Numbered from the whole stretch's first letter, positions 12,793-25,400 are shown. The stretch: DNA of 63,473 nucleotides, filler included, from Octopus bimaculoides (GCF_001194135.2; 5 parts of 5 records of this genome joined end to end with filler, not necessarily neighbours in it); one strand, 5' to 3'. The notes: generated from the letters alone by a model not told the origin. Numbers and translations: made by a program.

Positions 12793-13269
12793 TATGCATC
12801 TTTCTATATACGTATGTATGATGTGTGGTAGACGTAAAAAAAAGGAAAATAAAATACGCGATAAATATGTGTAATAGAAAATATTTTATTAATGCAGTAA
12901 TGCACGCGTAGTGTGAAAGTTGATAATTTTATGTATTTATGTCTATATACAGATTATACTCCCTGACTTGATTGACTTGTCCCTATTGAGTAATTCCTGT
13001 GGATTAGACAATCATATTCATTTTATGGGAATTCTTTTTTTTTTTTTGTCAACCAATATCGTATTCAAAGTAATAGCCTTATCTTTGAGTGAATTCCGTG
13101 TTGTATAATTAAGAAGTTCACCTTACAGTCACGTGGTTCTGGTTTCCATTTTATTCTGTGCTGTACTTTGGCAAGCGTATTCTACTCTACCCTCAAATTA
13201 GGCAATAACTTGTCACTGAAATGTACTTTCACTTTACGGAAGACTGATTTATGCGAGCGTCGAGCGCGC

Positions 13270-13382
13270 GAGTGTGTGTGCGTATGTGTGACGTGTGTGT
13301 GCGCATGTGTGACGTGTGTGTGCGTATGTGTGACGTGTGTGTGCGTATGTGTGACGTGTGTGTGCGCGTATATATATATATA
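13270..13382. repeat. 18-bp minisatellite (GTGTGTGCGTATGTGTGAC-like) plus (TA)n
   Basis: About four tandem units visible. Confidence 0.8.
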
Positions 13383-13424
13383 CGCCATGAGTCGTCATGA
13401 TTAATCGCTGACCAAAACATTCAA

Positions 13425-13592
13425 TTTTTTTTCTCCGTGTTTTTCTCCTTGTTTTCTCCGTATTCTTTCTGTTGAATAGCGTAGCTCGAAACGTTAAAGA
13501 CTTTCTGTATTCCCGAGCGTTAAACTAATACATCCTTTTGTTGTCTACACCACCTGTCCTCGTCTGTTGTTGTTTTTTTCGTAAATTCTCCC
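13425..13592 (+). mobile_element. Short dispersed repeat (Penelope pLTR-like), also at 27945-28120 (-) and 34265-34327 (+)
   Basis: Shared TTGT(C/T)TACACCACCTGTC(C/T)TCGTCTGTTG...AAATTCTCCC end; carries the hammerhead-like motif. Confidence 0.7.
13464..13500 (+). ncRNA. Minimal type I hammerhead-like motif, atypical CUGUUGA core
   Basis: UCUUU / CUGUUGA / A / UAGC-GUA-GCUC / GAAA / CG / UU / AAAGA: 5-bp stem I, short stem II, palindromic ACGU stem III. Confidence 0.6.
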
Positions 13593-13717
13593 ATATATAT
13601 ATATATGTGTGNNNNNNNNNNNNNNNNNNNNNNNNNNNNNNNNNNNNNNNNNNNNNNNNNNNNNNNNNNNNNNNNNNNNNNNNNNNNNNNNNNNNNNNNN
13701 NNNNNNNNNNNNNNNNN

Positions 13718-13757
<40 letters not shown>

Positions 13758-13963
13758 ATATGCATAGGAAAAATAAGAACACGGTTCATATTAAAGTTCT
13801 TACGCGCGTTTCATTGTTTCCTCGTTTTGGTCGTTTGGAGTCCTATGATGGATCTTCTAAATGCATATAGACGCTCAATCACAGCAGATCCTCAGGCAAC
13901 ACTTTATTGTACTCAAAATACAGCTAACTATGTCCAAAGTTAGATGGAATACGATGCAGTATA

Positions 13964-14173
13964 CAGGGTGCGGCAGAAATACCTCCCACGTTTTAAACTT
14001 TCACCTATATGTTGCTAATGAACTTATGGAAGTGCCAATGATGTTTTCATTTAGCTAATGAACAAAAACTGTGACCCTTTGTTTAAACAACAGTAAAATT
14101 AATTTTTCATAAATGTTGTTTCTTTTTCTTTTTCTCAAATTTCAGATGTGGGAGATATTTCTGCAGCACCCTG
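13964..14173. mobile_element. 210-bp Tc1/mariner-type MITE
   Basis: About 26-bp TIRs CAGGGTGC(G/T)GCAGAAATA(C/T)CTCCCAC with TA on both flanks. Confidence 0.9.
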
Positions 14174-14583
14174 TATACTTATCTTAGGATCGAAATAGAG
14201 AAAAGGCAAACGGTCTATGGTAAGCACCCCCACCTCATCTTCTTTATAAGGTCATTAGTTCTGTGTAGCAAGAGTTCTAGTTCTAGTCGTTTACTGGGAA
14301 CTTGCGTATTTTTCTGTGAAATTCCTTATTGTTTTTCCATGTTAAGTATTGAATTCAGTAGAGCTCCACCGTTAGGGTACGAGTTAAAGTAGAAATTGTT
14401 TGTACATGTAGATGTACCACTGTTACTGTCATGCATACAGCTCTACGAAGAGTTTTCATAAACCAGTCTACTTTCTGTATAGATGTCAAATAGATGTCTT
14501 TGGTGAGTAGGATTATTTATGAGTTACAGAACAAATGTAGGAAACATAAGGATAAACACAAGTTTATGCTAACATTCAAATAT

Positions 14584-14645
<62 letters not shown>

Positions 14646-15499
14646 CAAATGAAAGACAGAAGATGGAATATACGAGAATTTATTATTAATCACGACAATT
14701 CTTTCGACACATCTAACATAGCTTCTTCTTGTGGAACACTCAGTAACTGGTTCAGGAGCATCCAGTAGTGCAGCTGTATCTTGTCAGGTGATAAATAAAT
14801 AAAAATAACTCGTTAAAATGTCTGTTCCACAATGTAATTTGCTGTTTAGTAGAGAGAAAAACAGCCAGACGGAGGGAATATCTTCATATATATAGACGAT
14901 CAAAAATAAAATTGCAGAAGACAAAAAGAGAAACGAACACATAATCCAGCGAGAAAAGTACTAAAAATAAGCGTTAACAGATATGGATGTATAAACTCCC
15001 TCGGGCAAGCTGCTTGGCACGAGTACACACGCTCATACAAGCATCAGCAAAAATGTGAGCATACACACACGCGAGGTTTGGTGCATTCATGATCCCAAAG
15101 CGTGTTAGTTCTTTACTTGGTGTTTAGAAGAACGGGGAGGTTAAAATAAGATCGATAAAAAGGGGGGAACGGGGGAAGGGTACAAGAAGTAAAAATTAAA
15201 AAATGAATTAAAAATACCCAAAATAACAGATACAAGATTAAAAAAAGCAAAAAATAAAAATAAATAAAATAAATTTTAATTAAAGGGATAAAATAGAAAT
15301 TAATATAATTATTAAAAAATTAATACAATTTAAAAAGCTAAAAAATTCGACGGAAAAACGATAAAAATCGAAAAAGGGTAACAGTGTAAAAAAGCAAATG
15401 GATATAGGAGAGGATAAAATAAGATGAAATAAAATAAAATTAAATTAAAAGTTGCTTTTTTAAGGTGGGTGTAGAGACAGTCGTTGAGAGGAGGGGGTT

Positions 15500-15846
15500 G
15501 TGTTGAGTCCAAAAGAAGTTTGTGTTTGTAGACTGAAAATGTAACGCTGTTCCAGGCGGAGTCGGGAGTGTGTGTAGAAGAGGAGAAGGTGCTACGGACA
15601 AGTAGATCGCGTAGGTTACGGACGCGTTTAAGGGAGAACAAGGGTGGATTAGAGAAATTGGGGTGTGTGGTGGGATCTAGCTGGAGACGACAGAAGAAAC
15701 GTAGGATCCTCCGACGAAGGGGTAGGGTGAGGGGTGGAAAAGGAGGAGAAGGGACTCAGTTAGGGGATTGGTGTGGGGTAGGAGAGAGAGCGATGGTGCG
15801 ATCGATTAGACGATTCGGCAAAAGAGAGCCATAGAATAAATACCAG
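15500..15846 (-). mobile_element. Penelope-like RT C-terminal/linker fragment
   Basis: Minus strand reads RILRFFCRLQLDPTTHPNFSNPPLFSLKRVRNLRDLLVRS, matching the PP..SFKR.RNLRD.LVRS motif of PLEs; runs into a gap. Confidence 0.6.
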
Positions 15847-16770
15847 NNNNNNNNNNNNNNNNNNNNNNNNNNNNNNNNNNNNNNNNNNNNNNNNNNNNNN
15901 NNNNNNNNNNNNNNNNNNNNNNNNNNNNNNNNNNNNNNNNNNNNNNNNNNNNNNNNNNNNNNNNNNNNNNNNNNNNNNNNNNNNNNNNNNNNNNNNNNNN
16001 NNNNNNNNNNNNNNNNNNNNNNNNNNNNNNNNNNNNNNNNNNNNNNNNNNNNNNNNNNNNNNNNNNNNNNNNNNNNNNNNNNNNNNNNNNNNNNNNNNNN
16101 NNNNNNNNNNNNNNNNNNNNNNNNNNNNNNNNNNNNNNNNNNNNNNNNNNNNNNNNNNNNNNNNNNNNNNNNNNNNNNNNNNNNNNNNNNNNNNNNNNNN
16201 NNNNNNNNNNNNNNNNNNNNNNNNNNNNNNNNNNNNNNNNNNNNNNNNNNNNNNNNNNNNNNNNNNNNNNNNNNNNNNNNNNNNNNNNNNNNNNNNNNNN
16301 NNNNNNNNNNNNNNNNNNNNNNNNNNNNNNNNNNNNNNNNNNNNNNNNNNNNNNNNNNNNNNNNNNNNNNNNNNNNNNNNNNNNNNNNNNNNNNNNNNNN
16401 NNNNNNNNNNNNNNNNNNNNNNNNNNNNNNNNNNNNNNNNNNNNNNNNNNNNNNNNNNNNNNNNNNNNNNNNNNNNNNNNNNNNNNNNNNNNNNNNNNNN
16501 NNNNNNNNNNNNNNNNNNNNNNNNNNNNNNNNNNNNNNNNNNNNNNNNNNNNNNNNNNNNNNNNNNNNNNNNNNNNNNNNNNNNNNNNNNNNNNNNNNNN
16601 NNNNNNNNNNNNNNNNNNNNNNNNNNNNNNNNNNNNNNNNNNNNNNNNNNNNNNNNNNNNNNNNNNNNNNNNNNNNNNNNNNNNNNNNNNNNNNNNNNNN
16701 NNNNNNNNNNNNNNNNNNNNNNNNNNNNNNNNNNNNNNNNNNNNNNNNNNNNNNNNNNNNGTTTCTGCTG

Positions 16771-17035
16771 TGCCTGTAATACAAAGGGCCAGCCTTGTCA
16801 CACTGTGTCACGCTGAATATCCCCGAGAACTATGTTAAGGGTACACGTGTCTGTGGATTGCTCAGTCACTTTCACGTTAATTTCACGAGCAGGCTGTTCC
16901 GTTGATCGGATCGACTGGAACCCTCGACGTCGTAAGCGACGGAGTGCCAACAATAATAAATAAATACCAGAAACTTCCAAAATATGGGAGACGAACGCTT
17001 GATCGTATGCTAGGTAATTCACAGCGTTACCCAAG
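16771..17035 (+). mobile_element. SINE-like dispersed repeat (family D)
   Basis: CAGCCTTGTCACACT..GTGTCACGCTGAA...GAGAACTA..TTAAGGGTA is shared with 31690-31875. Confidence 0.75.
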
Positions 17036-17139
17036 ACAATTCTTGAGAGTGAGCAATGAATGATGTGATGGAATTCATATTTAAAATTCTATTTTCAGTC
17101 ATATCTCCCATATCTTTTGTCTTTCACTTGCTTCTGTCA

Positions 17140-17495
17140 TTAGTTTGCGGTCATACTGGGTCATCGCCTTCAAGGGCTTAGCCGAACAAATCGACCGTAT
17201 TACTCATAGTTAATTTATCGGCTCTTTGGCCAAACCGCTCACTTACGGAGACGTAAACAAACCAACACCGGTTGTCAGGAGGTGGCTGAGTACAAAACGC
17301 AAACGCAAATACGAGCACACATAGATACATATACATATTCGACGGTCTTCTTTCAGTTTCCGTGTACCAATTCCATTCACAAGGCATTGGTCGGTCCGAG
17401 AATATGATAGAAGACACTTGCCAAAGGTAACACGTAGCGGGGGATGAACCCGAAACCATGTCGTTGGGAAGCACATCTCTTAGCACACTGCCACG
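17140..17495 (-). mobile_element. tRNA-derived SINE (family B/C composite)
   Basis: Reverse complement of the 49905 head (GGTTTCGGGTTCATCCCC...GGCAAGTGTCTTCTA...GACCGACCAATGCC...GGAAACTGAAAGAAGACCGTCG). Confidence 0.8.
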
Positions 17496-17957
17496 CCTAA
17501 GTCAATAACGCCAATTAATTTTCTTTGTAAATTATAGTTATGATGAGTAATGTGGGAAGAACACTTTCGCCATCATGGCGTAATATCAGGAAATATGGTA
17601 ATAATTATAACTCAGCTTGAATAAATTTGAGTAATTTTCAAAGAAAAGTAATTATTATATTGAAATAAAAGTAAAGAAAACAAATTATTCATTTGTTGAC
17701 GTCATAAGAATTCCTAAACTTTCAAGCGAACGTTAAATAATTAATTTTTTAGAATTGAATCTCGAAGTACATATAAATCTATAATTAATAGCATGTAAAC
17801 GTTAGATTGAGAAACCTTATTGAATAGAAAAAGTCGAAAGGTTGCTCTCCGTAGAACACCTGTTGTGTCTACAGAAGGTGTGGGTTCATATCACACGGGA
17901 AGGCTTCGATATTTTCTATCCAAAAGGGTTTTTCAGCCCAATATTTACATGTTATAA

Positions 17958-20070
17958 CGCTGGGCAACAAAACATTTATTTTGTCTGGTGCCTGGAATAT
18001 TTCAACGAATTCTTAAGTGATTTCGCCTGCTAAATTCAAACATAATTTCAGTTTTTCTATATCTGATCTAGTTTTCTGACTAGACCTGGTATAGTATGCA
18101 ATTTATTCATACAAGAGGCATATAATATGAATCAATAAAATGAACGTAATACAAAACAAAACAAAGTACAAATAAAAATTCAAAATTGAAAACGCACATT
18201 GGTAAAGATTTTTGGCAGAAAACTCAAGGAATAAATTTACGCTTATCTGTGCACCGTGAATGACAAGCAGCAGGAGTATCTCGTTTTAAACACCAGCAAT
18301 AGTCTGCCATCATCACAGCGTCCCAACTTCCTTGGTTCCGAGTTTTCATCTCTTTGAAGTCTTGATGGAATTGTTCGCCTTGTTCATCGCTAACATCTCC
18401 GAGATTTTCAGGGAAACGATCAAGATGACTAAAAAGATAATGCATTTTGATGCTGATATTCGCGCCAATATCATGAAAAGTTGATATGAAGTTAGTAACA
18501 AGGTCTTTGTGTTTCCCGAGGAAATTTTGCACTACTTCTGCAAAGGCTAGCCAAGCTGGTGCTTCATTTTCGCTTATCGTTTTCACGAAATTTGTGTCCT
18601 TCAGGAGCTTACGGATCTATGGTTCATCAAAAATCCCTGCTTTATGTTTTGCAATCGTCAAGTTCGGAAATACATTTCAGATATACTTGAAGCACTCCCT
18701 ATTTTTATCAAGAGCCTTGACGAATTGCTTGATCAAACCGAGTTTGATGTGCAAAGAGGGTAAATGATCTTATCTCGCTCAATTAAAGGTTCTTCCAATA
18801 TACTGGCAGCTCTACATGAGCCATATTTGTTCGAAGCGGCCAGTCTTTCTTAACATAGTGGATATTTGGTATAACCAGATTGCTGTCCTATGAGAAAATT
18901 CACCACCTTTAAGTGAACGCAGATGACCTATTTATGATCATGATACAGTATCTTCTCTAAAACCAACTTAATTTCTCCATATTTTTCCTTTAGAGTTGTT
19001 GAGTGGCTGAGTGGGACAGAGTCATACACGTTTCCGTTGTGCAACAATACAGATTTTAAACTACGCTCAGAGTTGTCTATGAAAAGATGTCATTCCTCTG
19101 CTTTGTATTCCTCAGTGCCAAGTTTAAGAAGCCCACTGATATCTCTGCAGTAAACCAGCTCTTCTTTTGTGAAGAAAGAAAGGAACTCTTCATATCGACT
19201 CCAATAAAAGGTTATACGGACACCATTCTCTGGAAGATTCTTCTCTTTCAGTCGGGAAGCCAACAATTCTGCAGAAGTTTTTGGGAGATTCAAGTCACGA
19301 ACTAGATCATTCAGCTCTACCTGAGAGAATAGCTGAGGTAAAGTCTCAACTGAGAAGTCTTGATCTCTGATGTCATCATCAGGTGATGAATCTTCTTTGG
19401 TTGAGGGTAAAGTATTCTGGGGAAAGATATTGAAGACAGGAACAGGAAGTTCTTCACTGTGTGGAACCTGTCTAATAGCAGAGGCAAGGTTAGGATAGTC
19501 AAGCGTTACTCGATTTTTCCGGCTAATGCTCTTCAAATTTCGGTTACAAAAACAGCAGTCGTCCACGTGATTATCGGGCTCCCGCCATACCACTAGTATA
19601 GCAAACCTCATACTCTTACTTGTCCTTTTAGTCTATTGTCGCAAATGTTCTGTACATTGTTTGCAGACACTATGCGGTGCCCAATATTTATCTTGGTCGC
19701 GCAGCTTGACCCCAAAATATGTCGTATACGCTTTTTGATTTTCAGGTAATGTGTATTCTCCACAAACATAACAAAACACATTTGGAGAATTAACGCAACA
19801 CATCTAGAAGAAGAGGACATTTTGCTCATTTTCTATTGCTTAGTTCACCACATCTAAAACGTATTGAAAAAGAAAAAAACTTAGAATTAGGATGAGGTGA
19901 CGAAGACTGCTTACTGGACGTACACACGTACGTAGTGACTATAGGAATGTTCAATAACTTGACAACTCGATCTGATAGGTCAAAAAGAATGTTATATTTG
20001 GATTCAGGAGACCGGTTTTGTATAGGAATTATGTCTATTTCCTAAACACCAAAAACCTTGTAGACGAGTG
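17958..20070 (-). mobile_element. Full-length decayed Chapaev3-like (CMC superfamily) DNA transposon
   Basis: Broken transposase: FCYVCGEYT...YFGVKL.DQDKYWAPHSVCKQC, VWREPDNHVDDCCFC, LFIDNSERSLKSVLLHNGN, KMHYLFSHLDRFPENLGDVSDEQGEQFHQD, WDAVMMADYCW. Termini C(G)CTGGGCAAC / CACTCGTCTAC with imperfect subterminal IRs; flanks TAA and TTA. Family name is from recall. Confidence 0.8.
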
Positions 20071-20324
20071 TTATTTATTGCTTTATACGGACTTCAAGAT
20101 CTGATTCAAAACAAAAAACAAAAGAAATAATTTGATCATTTGTATAACTCCTCCCATAACTACTCTGTCGTTTATTCTCTCTACTTCTCTCTGTATGATT
20201 CTTTCTCTCTCACTGTGTGAATATAGTGTTCCTTTATTCATATCCTGCTACCAAACCTAATATGTGCACTCATCATTTATTTTCAAACTCTCCCTCTCCC
20301 TCCCCCTCTCTCTCTCTCTCTCTG

Positions 20325-20382
<58 letters not shown>

Positions 20383-21060
20383 AGAAGTAACAGAGTGACT
20401 CAAGGTTCAAGAGTTTCGTGCGTTGGGATTTATCAAACTACTCCTGTGAGTTTATATAGCTGTTGATAAATACATTTTCTTCTAGGTTGTTCTAGAATGA
20501 AACGTANNNNNNNNNNNNNNNNNNNNNNNNNNNNNNNNNNNNNNNNNNNNNNNNNNNNNNNNNNNNNNNNNNNNNNNNNNNNNNNNNNNNNNNNNNNNNN
20601 NNNNNNNNNNNNNNNNNNNNNNNNNNNNNNNNNNNNNNNNNNNNNNNNNNNNNNNNNNNNNNNNNNNNNNNNNNNNNNNNNNNNNNNNNNNNNNNNNNNN
20701 NNNNNNNNNNNNNNNNNNNNNNNNNNNNNNNNNNNNNNNNNNNNNNNNNNNNNNNNNNNNNNNNNNNNNNNNNNNNNNNNNNNNNNNNNNNNNNNNNNNN
20801 NNNNNNNNNNNNNNNNNNNNNNNNNNNNNNNNNNNNNNNNNNNNNNNNNNNNNNNNNNNNNNNNNNNNNNNNNNNNNNNNNNNNNNNNNNNNNNNNNNNN
20901 NNNNNNNNNNNNNNNNNNNNNNNNNNNNNNNNNNNNATCTAAGAAATACCACCATGCTTGAAATAGCAGTCAGACTTTGACTCTAAAACCACATTAAATG
21001 TTCATACAGCACCGGGAGAAAAGACAGAGACAAAATAAACTAGCAAAAAATTACTGGATA

Positions 21061-21119
21061 ATTCCAGACCCCGGATTTCTAGCTTTGCATAAGAAATGCT
21101 CTGCCTTCATCAGTGGAAT
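21061..21119 (-). ncRNA. Type I hammerhead ribozyme motif (intact core)
   Basis: AUUCCA-CUGAUGA-AGGC...GCAU-UUCUU-AUGC...GCUA-GAAA-UCCGGGG-UC-UGGAAU: 6-bp stem I, canonical core, UC cleavage site. Confidence 0.7.
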
Positions 21120-21769
21120 ACACTCAGATAGCACATAAATACAAATATATATATATATGTACACATCAATACGAATACTTTATACATGTGTATATATATG
21201 TATGTATACGTTCGTACATGTAAGTATATGTACAACCACCTAAAAGAGTCGAATATATTTGTCAACACGTGCTTTCCCACAGACAAAAGAGTTCTCATGT
21301 TTGGCTTGTTACTATGGAAACAGGCTTGCCTAAAATTACCCAAACTTTTCAAACTTTAAAAGCTTATAATTCTTTATTTATGGATTTATGGCGAAAATGA
21401 ATTTCATAAAAAATGTATTTCATACGAATTGATTAGCATATACATCATTAGACCGAATATGAAATCAATTCGAACAGAAATTAGAGATTGAAAATTGGCA
21501 GCCAAACAGAAACGATCCGCTATAAGTTTTCGCTTATATATTATCTTTTGAACTTGCAATTTAAAGTTAACTCTTTTGTCTTAATATAAATAATGAATTC
21601 TTTGATAATTTTTGGCTGAGTATTAGATTGTTTTTAACTTTGATAACTCTGAATCAAATCTAAAATCATTCTGATATTAGAAAATTATATTATTATGAAT
21701 ATTTATCATAAAGATAGAATATATATATAATATATAATTTTTGTTTCAAATAAGATATTCTGCTTCTTA

Positions 21770-22085
21770 CTATTTTACTTGCTTCAGTTCATGAACTGCA
21801 GCCTTGCTGGGTACTACCTAGAAGGGTTTTGATAAGCGAATAAACACTGGTACTTTTTTTTAAAGTCTGGTACATATTCTGTCGTACGTTCTTGCAGAAC
21901 CGCTAAGTTACGTAAACAAATCAACACTGGTTGTCAAGCTGCGGATCGGGTCAAATTCAAAGGTATACACTGATATACGCATACGACGGGCTTCCACGCA
22001 GTTTCCTATAACGAATTTTATTCACAAGCTATTGGTCGACCAAGACTATAGCAGAAGACATTTGCCCAAAATGACACACAGTATA
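21770..22085 (-). mobile_element. tRNA-derived SINE (family B/C composite), decayed
   Basis: Similar to the 17140 and 49905 copies (TTGGTCGACCAAGACTATAGCAGAAGACATTTGCCCAA). Confidence 0.75.
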
Positions 22086-23962
22086 TGTACATATATCTAT
22101 CATACATTCATTGATACATACAAATATTTATGATATACACGCATGCTCAGTGAATGACTGGGCAAATGGAGAGAGCATAGAACAGAGGAAACCCCTTTCT
22201 CTTGTCAAGTACGAGAGGCATCCCTTCTCGTACTTGACGTACTTGGCATCCCCTCTCTTACGTTACACGATAATATATGCTCTTAAGTTGTTTATACTTT
22301 TAAGTTGTTCTTGTAAGGAAGAGCATCCATGACTCAGGAAGAAATCATTCGTATTCGTAAGAGATGAAAGCCTAAAGGCGGAGCTCCGTCAGATTTTTGC
22401 GCTTAAAGAATAGATAGATGGTCTTAGTTTATTTTGTAAAACAAACGGAGTACTTACTTCATCAGGTTCAAAATATTTCTCGCCATTAACAGTATTAAAA
22501 TTAAATAACAAAATAACTTTTTCTTTCATTTCATCGTTTTGATTTTTTCATAAATATTATGTAGCAATTTTTTATGTACAGTGTGTCAATTTTTTAAATA
22601 TATAAATATATTTTGTATTTTAATTTATATTTACATNNNNNNNNNNNNNNNNNNNNNNNNNNNNNNNNNNNNNNNNNNNNNNNNNNNNNNNNNNNNNNNN
22701 NNNNNNNNNNNNNNNNNNNNNNNNNNNNNNNNNNNNNNNNNNNNNNNNNNNNNNNNNNNNNNNNNNNNNNNNNNNNNNNNNNNNNNNNNNNNNNNNNNNN
22801 NNNNNNNNNNNNNNNNNNNNNNNNNNNNNNNNNNNNNNNNNNNNNNNNNNNNNNNNNNNNNNNNNNNNNNNNNNNNNNNNNNNNNNNNNNNNNNNNNNNN
22901 NNNNNNNNNNNNNNNNNNNNNNNNNNNNNNNNNNNNNNNNNNNNNNNNNNNNNNNNNNNNNNNNNNNNNNNNNNNNNNNNNNNNNNNNNNNNNNNNNNNN
23001 NNNNNNNNNNNNNNNNNNNNNNNNNNNNNNNNNNNNNNNNNNNNNNNNNNNNNNNNNNNNNNNNNNNNNNNNNNNNNNNNNNNNNNNNNNNNNNNNNNNN
23101 NNNNNNNNNNNNNATGGTTGCAGTCTGCTGAATGAAACAGGTAAAAGCTAAAAGATAAGATATCTGAAGAAACTTTCACAATTTACACTAGTCATTCCAA
23201 ACAGCAAAAATACTTAGGAATCCACAGAGTTTGCAATGTAGTAGCTGCACGTATTGGTCTAAGAACATCTTGTTAACTGCCTTTATTGCCCCTACAAGCT
23301 TTCCACAGTCTCTCAGGTATTTCCTTTCATTCAAAAATACCCTTCTTCAATTCACCTCCTTGTTTCATGATTAATACTAAAAAGATTAAGTATTTCTCAA
23401 TTAGGCTTCATACATTGATACCAGATTAAGACTTACTCGTTCGAAAATTTATCGCTATTTTTATCACAATACATTTACTCGTTGTTCTTTATCAGCTTAA
23501 ACTGACAATTGATTCAAAAATATCATTGAAGTAGAAAGAAAAGAAAACATATCTAATTAAAAATTAAAGAAAAATCGCCGGAAAGCTAAATATTTTTCGT
23601 AATTCACAGTGTATATGTACATGTATGCGTGTGTACATGCGTATGTGTGTATGTATGTATACAGACACACACACACACACATATGTACTTGTTTGTTTAA
23701 AAAACAACACGATGAAATTATATATATATATGTATATGTGTGTGTGTGTGTGTGTATATATATACGTCCACACGCGCCTGCACACACATACACACAAAAT
23801 TCACATTACTGCACACAACACATACACACACACCCAGGTCAATGTGTTTGCACACACACATGATAACCGCAGACATACGTACACAGGTCCATACGCACAC
23901 ACACCCATACATTCCAGTACATGTAACGTATATCACTCCACATAATGTACGCACTGGGTCAC

Positions 23963-24001
<39 letters not shown>

Positions 24002-24191
24002 AACAAACAAACACACACACACAAACAAACACACACACATGCATACATACACAAACACACACATACATACATACATACATACATACATACGNNNNNNNNN
24101 NNNNNNNNNNNNNNNNNNNNNNNNNNNNNNNNNNNTTAATTAATTAANNNNNNNNNNNNNNNNNNNNNNNNNNNNNNNNNNNNNNNNNNNN

Positions 24192-24360
24192 GTGGCATTT
24201 CATCCATCTTTATGTTCTGAGTTCAAATTCCATCAAGGTTGACTTTATTTTTCATCCTTTTGGGGTCAATAAATTAAGTACCAGTGAAACACTGGGGTTG
24301 ATGTAATTGGCTATCCCTCTCCTCCAAATTTCAGGCCTTGTGTCTATTGTAGAAAATATT
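24192..24360 (+). mobile_element. tRNA-derived SINE (family A), 5' end lost in gap, CpG-decayed
   Basis: TTCTGAGTTCAAATTCCATCAAGGTTGACTTT...AAATTAAGTACCAGTG. Confidence 0.8.
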
Positions 24361-24479
24361 ATTATTATTGTTGTTGTTGTTGTTGTTGTTGTTGCTGTTG
24401 TTGTTGTTATTAGTGTTGTTCCATTATTAGAAAAAATAGGTTCAGTACCGTGCTTTTTTTTTTGGGACAAAATACATCT

Positions 24480-25400
24480 TTCAGATAACCATACTCTCAA
24501 GTTGTGAGAGTTAGCAGCTTGTTCCAATTCTTGGGCTTTTTTTGCCCACCAAGAATTTTTCATCTCACACAGGAAGTTTTATTCCAACCAAAGACTGGAC
24601 ATACTCAAAATTCAAACATGATGATAGACAACAAGCCACTCAAATGGGTCACATCATTTAAATATCTTGGAAGTACAGTAAACTTTAAGAGTAAACTCTT
24701 GATGATGAAATCAATGTTAGAATATTTAAGGCTATAAATGCGTTGAGAAAACTTTCCTATCATTTGTGGAATGAACACAGTGTCAGTTTGAAAACTAAAA
24801 TAAATATATACAAATCTTATATTTTGAGCACACTTTTGTATGGGGTAGAAGTATGGCCTCCCTACTATATATAGAGAGAGAAACTTGAAACCTTTCACAT
24901 ACGCTGTCTGTGCAATATCTGCAACATAAAATAGCAAGAGAAGATATCAAATGCCAAAATCTTAAAAACATGTGATATCTCCAGTAACCAAAGCATGTTG
25001 CTGAGAATTCAGTGTAGATGGGTAGGACATGTTGTTCGAATGAAAGATGACCACATTCCAAAAATTCTTCTGTATGGCCAACAAGTGGTGTGTTATCACA
25101 GCAAAGAAAGACCTCTCCTTAGGTATAAAGATAAGTTGAAACAATCTCTAAAATTTCTACAGCTTAACTTGACATCTTGGGAAAGTCATTGCCTAGATCA
25201 ATCTGCATGGCATAAAATGTGTCACGATGCATCCAAACAATCTGAGTTGAAGAAGAAAGAACAATAAAAGAATTATATCTTGCAATCCAACTTGCCCAAT
25301 GCCCAGCAAAATCAAAATAACCAATGTCACCATTGCAACTTCATAGCAAAATTCATATCTAGACTCAAATTACTTTCATGTATCCATTGCAAATAAATGT
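24480..25400 (+). mobile_element. RTE-clade LINE 3' fragment
   Basis: KPLKWVTSFKYLGSTV, SLKTKINIYKSYILSTLLYGVEVW, RWVGHVVRMKDDHIPKILLYG, RYKDKLK, and a terminal Cys/His remnant. Confidence 0.9.

Noticed and set aside
23170-23360. Protein-like minus-strand readings (...KEIPERLWKACRGNKG... and ...YLRDCGKLVGAIKAVNKMFLDQY...)
   Set aside because: In-frame stops or no acceptor site; no family recognised.
24136-24147. TTAATTAATTAA flanked by 44 Ns each side (also at 45013, 50133 and 58908)
   Set aside because: An identical 44+12+44 = 100-bp pattern with stops in all six frames; this is a scaffolding spacer, not biology.
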